DNA of 62,818 nt, filler included, from Choristocarpus tenellus KU-1152 (Eukaryota; Protista; Phaeophyceae): assembly GCA_964200185.2 (NCBI GenBank). It is 8 parts of 8 records of this genome, joined end to end, with 100 filler letters (N's around TTAATTAATTAA, not from the genome) between each part and the next. Parts side by side here need not be neighbours in the genome. Positions count along the whole stretch, not along the records: positions 1 to 18,569 come from CAXNAD020000538.1; 7 more parts are not named here. The stretch is one strand, 5' to 3'. Below are positions 1 through 13,000 of this stretch, piece after piece. Below the pieces are notes generated by a model. It ran no database searches. It was not told where the DNA came from and was given only the letters and a program-made list of their open reading frames with translations. A program made the position numbers and the translations under genes. How positions within the stretch are numbered: position 1 is the first letter of the stretch; every line of letters starts with the position of its first letter.

Positions 1-1041
1 CTTAATTTACGAGAGAAAAGCCATAAAGTATTTAAAGGATTAGCTAAAAAAGGCTATCATTGAGAGTACGTAAGTCTTGATACCACTCGCCTGTAACTAG
101 CTCATGTTGTTGTGTGTAAGTACAAAAAGGGGTGATGATTTGCAAAACAACTGGGGTTCCTATGGACATTGCCACGAGGTGGTGGGGGGCAGGGAGAGAG
201 CAAACAAGGTCAGAGGCGCTCTATGCTCACATTCTTCCTAATCATGAGGGTAAAATGTAGTGATAATGACTTAAATGATACTACTACTACGAATATAATA
301 CTTCGAGGTAAAAAAGTTAGAAATAGTAATAATAGAACTTGAGAGGGGTAGGTTACGCGGTACGCCACCAGAGTCAGCCAGTAAGTCCCACCAAGGTTTT
401 TCCCGTTTCTGTCGGTCCTACTAGCACCTCCGCCTCTTGTTCTGGGGGTTGTGTATCCATGTTTAAGATGCATTAATGACTATGAGGCAAGGACTAGGGA
501 GACTTTCAGCAGCGGCACCTCCCTCTTTGGGAATCTTTGATTCGCAACAGTTCACGAGTTATGATGTGACCCTCGCCGGAAAGTACGGGCACCCTTTTTT
601 TCTGTCATTTTTTTTCCGTCATGCGATCCGTACTCTTTTTTCAGGTGAACGCTGCCGCCCGCATATGCTCCTGTATTTCTTTCTGCTGTGAGTCCACCCT
701 TGCTTCGAGTACACGCCCTCTACATGGAATGAAGAGTATGGATTAATCCATCATACTCTGAATCACGTTCTCTGCGATTTTCGAAACAGGATGATCGCAA
801 CTTTCGTGGTATGAATTGCACAAGGAGGAGATCGATGTGGAAACGGATTCTCAAACCAATAAGATGTCTTCACCTTGATTTCAATATACGCTGCGCCTCT
901 GATCCCCTCTTCTCACTCCGCAACTACTACTGTATGTAGAGAACGCAAAATATGACATACTTCCCGCTGCTGTCGTAACACGCCTTCACAACGCGTCCAT
1001 GTCTGACTCCTTGCACAATTGCTCACGTAACCCCTTCGCAG

Positions 1042-4000
1042 GACTTTGACCCCCTTAATGAGCTAGTGTTAACAAGCGAGCAGTTCCTCAGGGTTTTATC
1101 CGCCAAAGGCCTGTTGCCAAACTGCACTCTCCAGCAAGAGCTACTAGAAAGGCGCTATGCTGTTGTCGACTACCACCGGCAACCAACAATCCACAAAGTG
1201 CGATTATGTCAACCCTTTAAACCTTGAGGATGTGGAGGGATTGTCTTGCTTCAGTTGGGAGAGGAGGATCCTGCCTCTTTGCTATCCGTACACCTCCTCT
1301 GCTTGGATTGAACAGGATGATACTCAGTATGTAATACTTCTAGCAACTCGGTGCTTCTGCTCTATTTTTTTGGAATGTGTGTGTGTGTGTGTTGTGGCCC
1401 TGAACAAGCAGAGATAGATTTTGTGACATCATACATAGTGTATCATATACAATAGGTATCATTGCCTCCTCTGTGTTGTATATTGAGGTGTCTTAAGCTG
1501 CTTCCAATAAACGACTCATCCCCCCAAACGTTTGCACTATCACTCTTCATCAAAAACGACAAGAGATTCGGAGTTTCACAAGCAACAAGCGACAGCTAGT
1601 GGTGTACTCAGATCATGCTGGATAGCACGGCCATGTCAAGATGAAAGTTTTTGAAACCAGTGCTTCTAGGATGCGGTTATTTCTACCGTGCAGTTTTAAT
1701 ATGTTGACTTACACGCCGTTCCTTTGGTTTTGTGTACTTTTGGGGTGCATTGCGTGATGTGTTGGTTGCTCCATTGGAACACTTGTCTGCACCCATGAAA
1801 GTACTCGCTGCTCAACAGATCATCACATTAAATACCTGATGGCAGCATCTTAGAGGGAGCATCACACCCCAGCACAGTCTACTTACTTCCGCTGGAGATA
1901 ATTGTGACCATCATCTAATGCACTACTTTTAAGACCTGTTGCAGTTCCTACGAGAGGTTCTGGACTATGCAATGCTTTTCCTGTCCTGGCTACACTGAAT
2001 ACAGAAAAAAAACAGGGTCTGTAATTCTTCAGCATCTGTTCACGTCTGTTCAACAATTTTTATTCCATCTTCTCCATTCAAGTGTTGAAGCTCAAATCAA
2101 GAAGAAAAAATCATTGCTGTGTTAGTCCAGAGCACACAATAAGCATATTTTCTTCCTCTCCTCAAGTCATTGACAGCCTTCCGTCCTACAAATGACAGGG
2201 CTTTATTGCCTACTGCGACTTCCTGCGTGATGTGGACGCCTCCACTACGGATGAAACTCAGGCTTACATTGACAATTTCGTCTTTGCAAGGAATCGAGTG
2301 AGTGTTGTGTTGATGCCAGAGGGTGGAGGGCTATCGCTGCGGGTGTACTCTCCATAGCAGTTTGCTATCTCTCTATGTGGTGGTTGCCTTTGTGCCCAAA
2401 TATACCTAAGCGCATGTGCATGCGAACTCAAATCGTACAATACATACACACACCCATGCACACTGACATCCTTACAAATACTGAGACAGAGGGGTAACAA
2501 AATAGTGAAATAGGTAAATCGGTACGAACAGCAACGCTTCTAATCACTTGGTATTAAATCCATTCAGAATATCGGTCCCTACAACCTCCCTCACCCTGAA
2601 CCTTGTCGTCATGAGACAAAACGTGCACTGCATCATGGGGAAGGCAGTATTTCATACTTCTATAAAAGGAAACATTTTCAACAATAAAAAAAATCAAAAA
2701 AAGCATTTTCTTCTTCTCCCATCGAATCACCAACATGCTTTACTTCATGCCCCTAGAACCAGGAGGCGTATAACTATACGGATCCTCGCAGTGGCCCTGA
2801 TGGGGGTCTTGTGAAGTTCTCTGAAGGAACCACCTTGAGGTCCTCTGCCTCACGGGTGTCCCCAGTATTGATGGGGCGTACGCAGGACCGTGACCTGGCC
2901 TCCGTGCTCAAGGACATCCGAAAGAGGACGGTCAGGGGGCGGGTTCGGATGGAGGATCTGTTCAAGGACTTTGACAGACACTCACACGGTGAAAGCAGGC
3001 GTTGCCCGTATAGGGTGCATGAAAATGGGCACCTCTCTTTTTGGTCCTCGAGGGTACATACCTTTTTTTCGACAGTGAAGAAGTACTGATAGAGATTTGT
3101 ACGCCGAAACATCTGGTTTGAATTGTTAGCAATACATATCAGTCAACTCTGGAGTCTGTAAGGGCAAGAACACTCTTAGTAGACTCAATTACAAAAAGAT
3201 TTTGGTTGTGGGAAACCTTCTCCCGTTGGACCATCCAATTCATTTGAAGCAAGGACTACTACAGGTGGTGGCGAGACACACTTCTTCACCTCCAATACCC
3301 TCTGGTCTGTAATTACGTTTCTATTCCTCCGTTCGTGCAAGTGTTGCTGTTGATACCAATCCTGCACATCCATAGACACTGAACAGACAGCAAATTTATC
3401 AACCTGCTGGGGTCGGTCTCTGTCTTATCCTCTGACAGGAACATGCACTCAAGCACAGCTGTCAAGAGTAATGAAGACTCTCCAACACCCTCTCACGGAT
3501 AAGGAGCTGGCAATCCTCTGCCGCAAGTAAGCTCTGGTTAATTATTTCGGTAGTGAGGATTCAACAATGGTGATTCCTGACCTCCACATACGCTATTTCA
3601 GTTTTGCCCTTTAAAGTAGCATTGGACAAAGGTATACCCTGTACACCACACCAGCCACGGTTCCAGAAATGTATGGGGCACATAGTTTGTAACCCTTCTT
3701 GCACCGTACGTTTCTGTTGATGCCACTATGCTCTTCTTGTGTCTCTTTTGTGATCCTGGTCATTTTGTTTACCAGAATTTGCTAGTATTTTCTCTCTGCC
3801 TGGTGATGTCTCAAAGCCCACATCCAAACCGATGAAGTAGTCACTAATGCACCCATATTCCAAAATCTCCTTATTCCTTGCTTTAGAAATGACTCGGACC
3901 ATGGCATTAACCCTGCTCTCCCATGGTCAATCTTGAGGATTATACCACCCATGCCCTTCGCTGATGCTTACACCGCTTGTTGACTCACCAAGCCACTGTC

Positions 4001-7000
4001 GATTATGACTCCATAAGGCAATTAAACTGTACTTACCATTTTGGAGTTATAATACATCCAGCATCAGTACTAACCCCAAACTCCAGGAACTCATTGAAAA
4101 AATATATCTACTTGCTGCTCACCTCATGCTCCAAACCCAGCCTGTTTGTTTTCTCTCCTCCATTCCCGCCTCTTCTTCTCTCCCCTCTCCCCCTCTGACT
4201 TCATGAACATTGCCCAAACATCTACCTATTCCCTTCCCTATCAACAACAAACTCAAGCCCGCCTCTCTTCCCCTAGCACCTGTCATGAGTGCATTCATTG
4301 TATCAGTGCTGCTGGCTAAATTCAGGCAGGATCCTCTAACGATTTAAAGACTCATTCCACCTAGACAAATGCGCCAACCACTCACATTACCCCAAACCAT
4401 CAACCATCAGATACACAAGTCATAGTGCTTTTGATGTGAGCACAGGAGATGGGTCTCCATTAATAAGGTACCAAGATCTTATCCAGGATATCGAATCTGT
4501 GTTCACAGTGCCAGGACTGCAGAGGCTGCCTGCTACGACGGTAGTGCCGGAGGTAATCCCCATCCAGTAATCCAAAAAATGGAGATAATGAATTAGATTC
4601 TAGGGAGAATGCAACCATAATAGTCACTACTATTCTTCAAAAAAAAGAAAATCTCCTGAGTTTTATGTTCTCAATTCTATCACCACTATTGTGGTCTACC
4701 GGCTCTCTTGCCGGTGAAATTGTCACTTCTTGGGCTTATGCTAACTATCCAGAAAGGGTAAAGTCCTTAACATAAATCTAGGACCGATGTTAAAATGAAG
4801 ATTTGTTGTGCAGCATGGTCGATAGATGCAAGTGTGGAAAGAGTCGGAACCCAACCGGATCTCCACCTGAGGTCCCGTCTCATGAAGAGATCACTTACCC
4901 TGACGCCTTATATAAACTCTCATCCAGACCTGACATGCTGCTACATTCACCTGTTGTCGTCTCAAAATCCTTACTCATGAGGGAGTCCATCCCCAAGCCC
5001 ACTGACAACTTACGTCAAAACACCTCCTTCACCAGGGAACTAGAGGATAACCAATCACCACAATTGGAGAACTTCAAATACTACTGAAAATACACTCAAT
5101 GGATTACATGGCCATCTATCTGCTGTGAAGGTCCCATTGACTCTGTCCATTGCGTGCCCAAACTACCACCTACTAGATCTGTGCAATATTTTCCTTTATC
5201 ATCCTGCATACCACCCCCTCCATTCAACAATCTTCATATCTCATCCTCCCCCACATCTCCACAGTTCTAAACTCTGGGCTTCTCCATCCTTGCCCTGCCC
5301 CTCCCTCCGCCATGCTCATGCTCATACCCAAATCCCCTTTGTTTTGTGCTCCCACCTAACTTGGATACACTCTTGCTTTGAATGGATGTCTGGCTGCTTA
5401 CTTGTAGGCTGTGCATCAGGCCAGAGGTACAGCAAAGGAACTTCGAGGCGAGTCTGAGTTTGGAGAAACCTTGACAAGAGCTGAAGATCAACTCCTGGCA
5501 AAGTTCTTACGTGAGCTTGCCATGAAGGTGAAGGGGGAATGAGGGATCGGACCTTGCTATGTTTTGTGTGAGCGACTCTTCGAGTATCAATGATTAATGC
5601 TTTCAGTACTGTGCTTTATGTAAGTTTCATATGATAATAATATATGGTACGGTAGGACGTTGTTTTTACTTTCTGTGAGTAGGGTTAGGGTTTGAGAGAG
5701 GAACTTGTGGGACTAGTCTAATTTGATCATTCCAGATTAGAGCGGAAAGCAGACTGCAGCTTCCATGTTGCAGTCGAACTCCTGAAGCATAGTCAGAAAA
5801 AATGTTCATCAGGGTTATCGCCCCTAGCTCAAACCTGGAAAGCTCTTGCATATTCAGCTGGACCCCAGGATCGTGGTTGACCTTTACACTCTGGTTTTCT
5901 CCAAAGAATACATATTTTAAAGTCAATATGCCCTCAGTGAGCGCAGTACATATCGCCATTTTGGCAGGAGAAATGAACTGAATCTCAGTCAGAACAAGCA
6001 CCCATGTGCTTCCAACCATTCTGGATGCCATACATCCGTACAGTATTGTTTCGATAATGTTTTTTTATATTGACCTCGATAACATCCATTGAGTGCAAAC
6101 AGCGCTGGCCTTGCAGTCAACAACGTACAAGAGTGTGGGGGGAGCACAGTGTATCCACTGTATTCCTTCTTGTAGAGTGAATCATCAAAAGAACATGTGT
6201 ACATGAGTGATTTATCTCTGGAAGGGCTCTCTGCTATTTTTTCAAATGCAAGTTTCTGTCAGGACCACCCCACACAGACCCCTTCTTCATTGCATGTCTA
6301 AAGCACAAACATGATAACCACTCATGTCAAAACATATACACCATCTACTGAAAGCAGCAATGTGACGCTATACCTACTGGCTGTGAGTCACAATCTTCCG
6401 GCTTTGGCCAAACCCTCTGCTGCTATCTCTAACTCTGAATTGTTTCTGTGGTCTGTCAAACTGCAAGGTAAACAAGGAAAGCCTCTGCCTTTCTTCATTG
6501 TTTCTGGACTACGATCACTTTAATTGTGGCTATATACCAGAGGCCAGCCTCTATCGTGCTTTGGGCAGTGCCTGTTTACTCCCCCCCCCCAACGTTCTTC
6601 CTTGCCTTGTCAAGAAGTTTAGGGAGAACTCTTTTGGAGCTGGGATGCATGAGGTCAACCATAAGGCATTCTTAGCTGCGGTGAGCGCATATACTATGGT
6701 TAGGGCTAGGTAATGAATAGGTTTAATGATCAGGACAACAGTGAATCAAGAGCTTTGCGTCTGTAGGTTTGAGAGTACAGAAAGTGGTGAAAGTAATGAT
6801 TAGATTGAGTCATATATGGAGTGGGTAGTGATGTACAGAAATACTGGTATGTATTTGTCGATGCGCTGTACTAAATATAACATATTTTGAATGTGGCTTA
6901 GGATGTTGGTACGAAGTCGGGACAGTTTGAGTTGATGAGACTTGCGCTTTAGGAGCGACATTGTTCTGCTCTTCTCATAACTGGGAAACCATTATGGTTC

Positions 7001-10000
7001 ACCTAGAAGCCGTATGACAGAGCCGGTACAGCGCCATCTATGTAACACTACCTCGACAATGATGCCACTTCATGCCAGCTGCTTGAGGTGTGTTGACGTA
7101 AGGTCAATGCTGCGGAATAGGCCAAATCTCAAACAGCCCAAGAAAACTACTGTAGGCGCTCAGTGAAGGCAATAGAAAACTTCTGAACACTTGAGGTAAT
7201 CTTATTGACGCTTGCAGTGTATGACTACAAGTAACCATGACCTCGCATGAGCACAGCAGCCATGTGTTTTTATCAATGTGGAGGCCGGTTCTTGCCAGCA
7301 TTTTGTTCGCGCAAATCTTCTCCTACAGTAATCGTCTCTTTTGGGGGGGTTAACTGCATTTCAGGCATGGACATGGTGTGTATTGCGCATGGTTCTAAAG
7401 GCCTTATAATTGAAGAGGCCAAAGTTGACTCCCCTCTTTGATAGTTTCATTATCTGGTATAGCCAGTCCGAAAATGTATGTTCTTCTCTGTTTAAAAAAA
7501 TTGTGCACAACAGAAACCCACCTCAAGCTAACACATCAGATTGACGCTGCACCTAGTGGCTTGATGCTGTACACTCTAGTCAACTCTGCATTTTGGGTTA
7601 GGGTTATTGTATGCAGCAGTATAAATACTCGAGTAGTTAGTAAGCAAATGCAGGGATTGTTCTGAAACTGCATTGCAGCAGCACATAATGCCCATGAACC
7701 AAGTTTAAAGGGACATAAAGTCGAAAGAAGTGCTTTGGAATTTGTGCCAACAAACTACCAACAAACTACCCTTACAAGCATGGTTTCCAAGTCATCATAA
7801 CTGTAGCAAGTAGTTCCATTCAAATGGCATGAACAGATCTCCCAATCATCAAGACCACCTGAACACCAACCACCTCATTCATCCTGCCTCAACAGCCAAA
7901 TTTATAACGATTGATCAAGAAAAAGGAACAACTTATCTCTGAGACCATGCACACTGTTGAGTACAGTTGCAATCCCATTCTCCTCCTGTCGCTGATTTGA
8001 ATTCTATCACACTATTGATAAATCTCTGCTGCAACTGCTGCACTTCTAGGTGGAACTTGCACAGGATCCTTTACATACCCCACGTGATGTTCCTAACTCC
8101 ACAAAGTTTAGAGCAATCAGGAGTCAACCCAAAACAGAGCCAAGTCCAGGGAATGGTGCTGAAAAACAAGCCACCACTGGAGTGCCCTATGACACAAAAT
8201 CTTCTTTGCCAAAGTAAGTACAGTCTTCGTCCACACCACAAAGAATCACATAACTCTGTATTTGTCCATAGAGCAAGAGAGAGTGTTGCATGCGTAGAAT
8301 TCCACAGAGCTTTCTCTTTTTAAGCATTTTTTCAAACACATATATTTTGAAGGATTGCAAAAGATCTATATTAATACACTGGAGGGCGCAATACAGGAAA
8401 AGAACTCATTCTGTGACGTCTCTATGACAACGATAAGCAATGCACTCTCTCTGCTTGTGGGGTTGTGGTGAGGAGTGACGATGTTTTGTCTTGGAAATCT
8501 GCACTTTCTTGTGTTTTGCTGCTATATGAGCTGTGAGTCTTGAAAAGGAAGATTGGCTTACACATATGATGAAGGGTCTCTTACACATGTGTCAGGCATT
8601 AGCAATATTAAAAGTGCAAATATGGTTACTGATTGCATATGCAAATGAAGAAGAATTGGGTGCCAAGAAGGTTTTTTTTCTTGGTGGTGCCTCCATAAAT
8701 ATAAGTTAAATATAAGTTAAATATAAGTTTGACTATATGTGCACTGCAGCAAGTGTAATCACTCCCTTCTTTTCAACTGACTGCTGTAGGTGCTCATGAT
8801 GTAGATGCCTGATATATCGATCGTAGAATAAAGGTTTCCATGAGGTCATTCTCTTATTTTTCCAATTTCCTCTGGAAAAATGAATTCCAAACACCTGTCC
8901 CCAAATGTTTTGGGTGAACTTCTAATTGTTACTTTATAAACAAATGTGGAGAACTTAATCAAGAGGTTACAATAATAAAATCAAAGAAATAATCCATACC
9001 TTCAATAAATCAGCACCAAGTTAGCCACGTGCTCGCAGAGCTCTATTGCAGTGTAGCTGTCTACACAGATGATTGAAAGCAGTAACCAAAGTAGAAGGTA
9101 TTAGCAAAGGAGTAGTCATCTAGGGTTCCAAGGTAAATATCAGATCCTAGAAAACTTCATGGAGCTCCAAAATCCTTCTTCCACTGATTTATGCAATGTA
9201 TGTTTCAACAAAGTCCGATGGTGTTCTTGACTTGGAAATTTCTACTTAGACCTTTCTACTTAGACCTTTCTACTTAGACCTTTCTACTTAGACCTTTCTA
9301 CTTAGACCTTTCTACTTGAGGGCGGGCTGCAATTTAATAAGAAGTTTGAGGGTGTTTTCATAGTAATGTCAGAACATTAAGCTCCAACATAAGTAAAATA
9401 ATCTCAAGTAATAAGAAACCAACTTAACAGTAAAGCCCTATGCTGGATTCAAAGTTCGAGACACGTGATAACAGGTGGGATCATATTAATCTTGACAAAC
9501 CATTTATGTTTTGTGGTATAGGATAAAAGACCTCTATGGTTAATGCAAGAAGCTCGCACAAGTACTGCATCATCCTTCCTAGCAGGTTTTCATCACTTCA
9601 ACCTGTGCAGGTTCTTTATCACACCTCATAGAACAAATGCATGACAAAAATTGGATTATCAATGAAAAGATCGTCGGGGTGTTGGATCTTGCTGGAAAAG
9701 GGGTATGCTATTTGACTCAATATGAAATGTAGGCCACCTAATTGGTGGAGGTTTTTGCCAATCAGCAGTGGCAACTCACCTTCAATGCATTTTCCCCCTT
9801 GCTATGACCCTATGACGCACACATGTCCAATAGAGTACCTGGTGCAACATTGAACGGAAGAACTAAACAAGGTGATGAGATGGAGGGTTCACAGGAGGCA
9901 CTAAATTCAGTCCTACATAAAGTGAGGGTCCAGCTGAGGACTTCTCATTGCGATCTCGAGGATCTACTAGCAGAAGAGGACCGCCTCAACATGTGGGTAC

Positions 10001-13000
10001 CATGATCACTCTTTTTTTGGAATGCTAGATATTCCACCCTTGCCGTTGTGAAAGAGAAGAAGCAACTTGAACTTTTTCCAATGAATGCACTCCATGGGTT
10101 GTGATTCATCGTTAGATGAAACGATGTAACCATAGCTTCATCTCTTAACTTGGACTGAAAAGGATCATTGGGAACCCTTTCTTCCTGCTTGTAGAACCAC
10201 CTCTCAACTGGCACCCAACTTCTTCAGTACGGAGAGCATCATATTCTTCTAGTTGGTCCTTCCCTCTGATCACTACTTCTGTCTCAGCTCGAAATCTATC
10301 CTAATCTCCCTTCTCCTTGAAGTGGGGTGGTGAACCACAGCCAATTGCGATACTGCCTAGGCCTAGCAGGGGTGTCCCTGACCAAGGAAGAACTGGAAGT
10401 GATCGATCGATCCTTCAAGAATGTGCTGCGTCCTGAATCTATTAGCTGGAGAGACTTTTGTACAGCGGCATCATTCTCAAAAGGTGAATAATATCCAACC
10501 ACCTCTCGTGCTTAGGCACACACATTTTCACCTTGGTGCATGGTGAAAGAGACTAAGCATACACGCTCTTGAATGTTCCAGCATTTATCAGTAACCGTTT
10601 TGTGCCGTTTGTCATTAGTTTGTTGCCCCACTTCGTTGTTATTATTATGATACACAGTATTGCCATATCATATCACCATGATCCTTCAATACCATAGCAA
10701 CTCCAGTGTATAATGTTGGTGTCATGGTTGTGCGTATTGTCCTCAACAACTCCATTTCAAGTCCATCTATTCAGTCACCTGCGCAGGACATACTGACTTT
10801 TGACTCTTGACTCGAATCAAAGCATTTAAGAGGGTAGGTTCACTTCCATTCGGAGTCATAAATCTAATACTGCGATTTTGATTCATTTTGACTATTGTGC
10901 TTGTTAGCAAGTGTCAATATCCTTGCTCCGGACACAGAGCCAAAGTATCTTAGAGGGTAGAGCCGCGTCCATTTGGGGGCCAAAATCCAATATTGTGATT
11001 TTGATGTAATTTTGGCAAAATTGTGTTTATTAGGAAGTGTCAATATCCTTGTTCCGAACACACCTTTTCATAAGGTATACCTTTTACCTACTCCGAAACA
11101 TTTTAGAGTAGGAAAATGCCATAAGAAAACCCATGGGAAGCCAAGCCCCAAACGGACAAACAGGGCAAAATTCGTACCCTAACCCTAACATACTTTCACT
11201 CACACCTTCCATAGTCCTATACATTTTAGAATTAAAGTATCTTAGAGGGTATGATTTTTGCCCTGTTTGTCCATTTTTGGGTTAGGGTTAGCACCGTTTA
11301 TTTAATGGCATTTTTCTATTCCGAAATGTTTCGGAGTCGGTTAAATGTATTCTTTATGAAAATGTATGTTAGGAACAAGGATATTGACACTTCCTAACAA
11401 AACAATAGCCAAAATTTCATCGAAATCGCCAAATTGGATTTTGACCCCCAGATGGACACGGCTCTACCCTCTAAGATAATTTGACTCTTACCTACTCCGA
11501 AATCCGAAATTTTCGCACAGAAATTTCCAAAAAGGGCATATATAGGAAGCCAAGTCATGAATGGACAAACAGGGCAAAACTCCTACCCTCTTTAATGCTT
11601 CGGGTCCTTCTTGGTCCATTGAAATGTCTCAGCGTAGGGAACAACATGGCACGATGAGGTGTCACTTGAAATACATTTTTTTTCTGTGGCAAACAATATA
11701 CAAATCATTGTTTCCGTTGTCTCCACTAGATCTGAGGAATAGAAGTGCCGCTTGGATTCTGATCAATATTTTTCATATTGAATAAGTATACATTGCATAG
11801 CGTTACGCATTGGACTTTGCCTGGCTGGTATTGCTACTTAGGTCAGAACACTGTTGTTGTGCCATAGCATCTTAGAGGTGAGGTGTTTAGTCCAGGTTGT
11901 CCATTTGGGGATCATGGAGTTTAGCAAGATACCCCAGGCTGATGCCTATTTTGCGAGTGATTTTCCTTTGGATTTGGTTCAGGGCAAGGGGATGGAAAAG
12001 GAAGGTGTGTTCAGATGCAGGAAGTCGTTGTTACATGTTATATGGAGCCAAAGTATCTTAGAGGGTAGGACCGCGTCATTGTTAAAAAAGGGAGTCCAAA
12101 ATCCAATGTTGAGATTTTGATGTAATTTTGGCTATCGTCATTGTTAAAAAAGTGTCAGTATCTTTATTCTGGACTCACCTTTTCTCAGCGTATACATTTT
12201 ACCTACTCCTAAACATTTCGGAGTAGGAAAATGTAACAAAACATCCCATGGGAAGCCAAACCCCAAATCGACAAACAGGGCAAAACTCATACCCTCCAAT
12301 ATACTTTCACTCACGTTCACTCAGATGAAATGAAAATCACTACAGGTTCACACGGCACCGAAAGGACGCCTGATACCCCCTCTAGGATAATATGGCCCAT
12401 TTATCCAAGTTTGAGGAAAGATGACCTGCCACGTCTAAAGGTTGAGAGGCCTTAAATTGGTCAGCTCCTGTTGTGAGATAAATATCAGCATCGCTGTACA
12501 AATGCAACCCAATTGAACACATGCCATCACCTCTACAACATGGGACAGAATGGAGCACCATTCCTCTCTGATTCGGCTCGGCTTGCCTTATGCCCTGTAA
12601 TAAATTAAGAAAAAAAATGTTGTTGTTGTTGTGTCAGTAGTGAGCCAAAGCAAGCGAGAGTTTCCCAGTGCTTTATTTTTCGGATGCTTTGACCAATGTA
12701 CAGAATTCGCCTTTTTGTACAAATATGTAGAGGAACTCTTCTCAATTCTGTTAAGCATTTTCAAACATTAAAGAGTTTCACTTTCTCAAGTCGATCTTAG
12801 AACTTCATCCCTAATAAATAAAGGTGAGTTGCAAAAGATGAATAATTGACTCAAAATGCAAAACGGGCAATACCTGAGTACCTTGCGTATACTTGCCTGG
12901 ATCTTGGACACACAAGAACTGACCCACCCATTCAGGGAAGTACAGTGCTGTATAGAAATTGAAATGTGGTGAAGTCATGCTAATGCCAATTCGGCTTGTC

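Larger units (their letters stand above)
10814..11607 (+). mobile_element. Older MITE family A copy hosting two nested younger copies
   Basis: Ends GAATCAAAGCATTTAAGAGGGTAGG and CCTACCCTCTTTAATGCTTCGGGTCC. After removing the inserts the body aligns with the copy at 47010-47235. Confidence 0.75.

Noticed and set aside
5700-6130. Possible copia RNase H remnant on the minus strand (VFFGENQSV)
   Set aside because: Too degenerate; diagnostic motifs such as TKHID and ADxxTK are not recoverable.
9632-9702. Candidate extra exon of the EF-hand gene
   Set aside because: Exon 8050-8213 already supplies the needed phase with a stronger GTAAGT donor; the two cannot both be included in frame.
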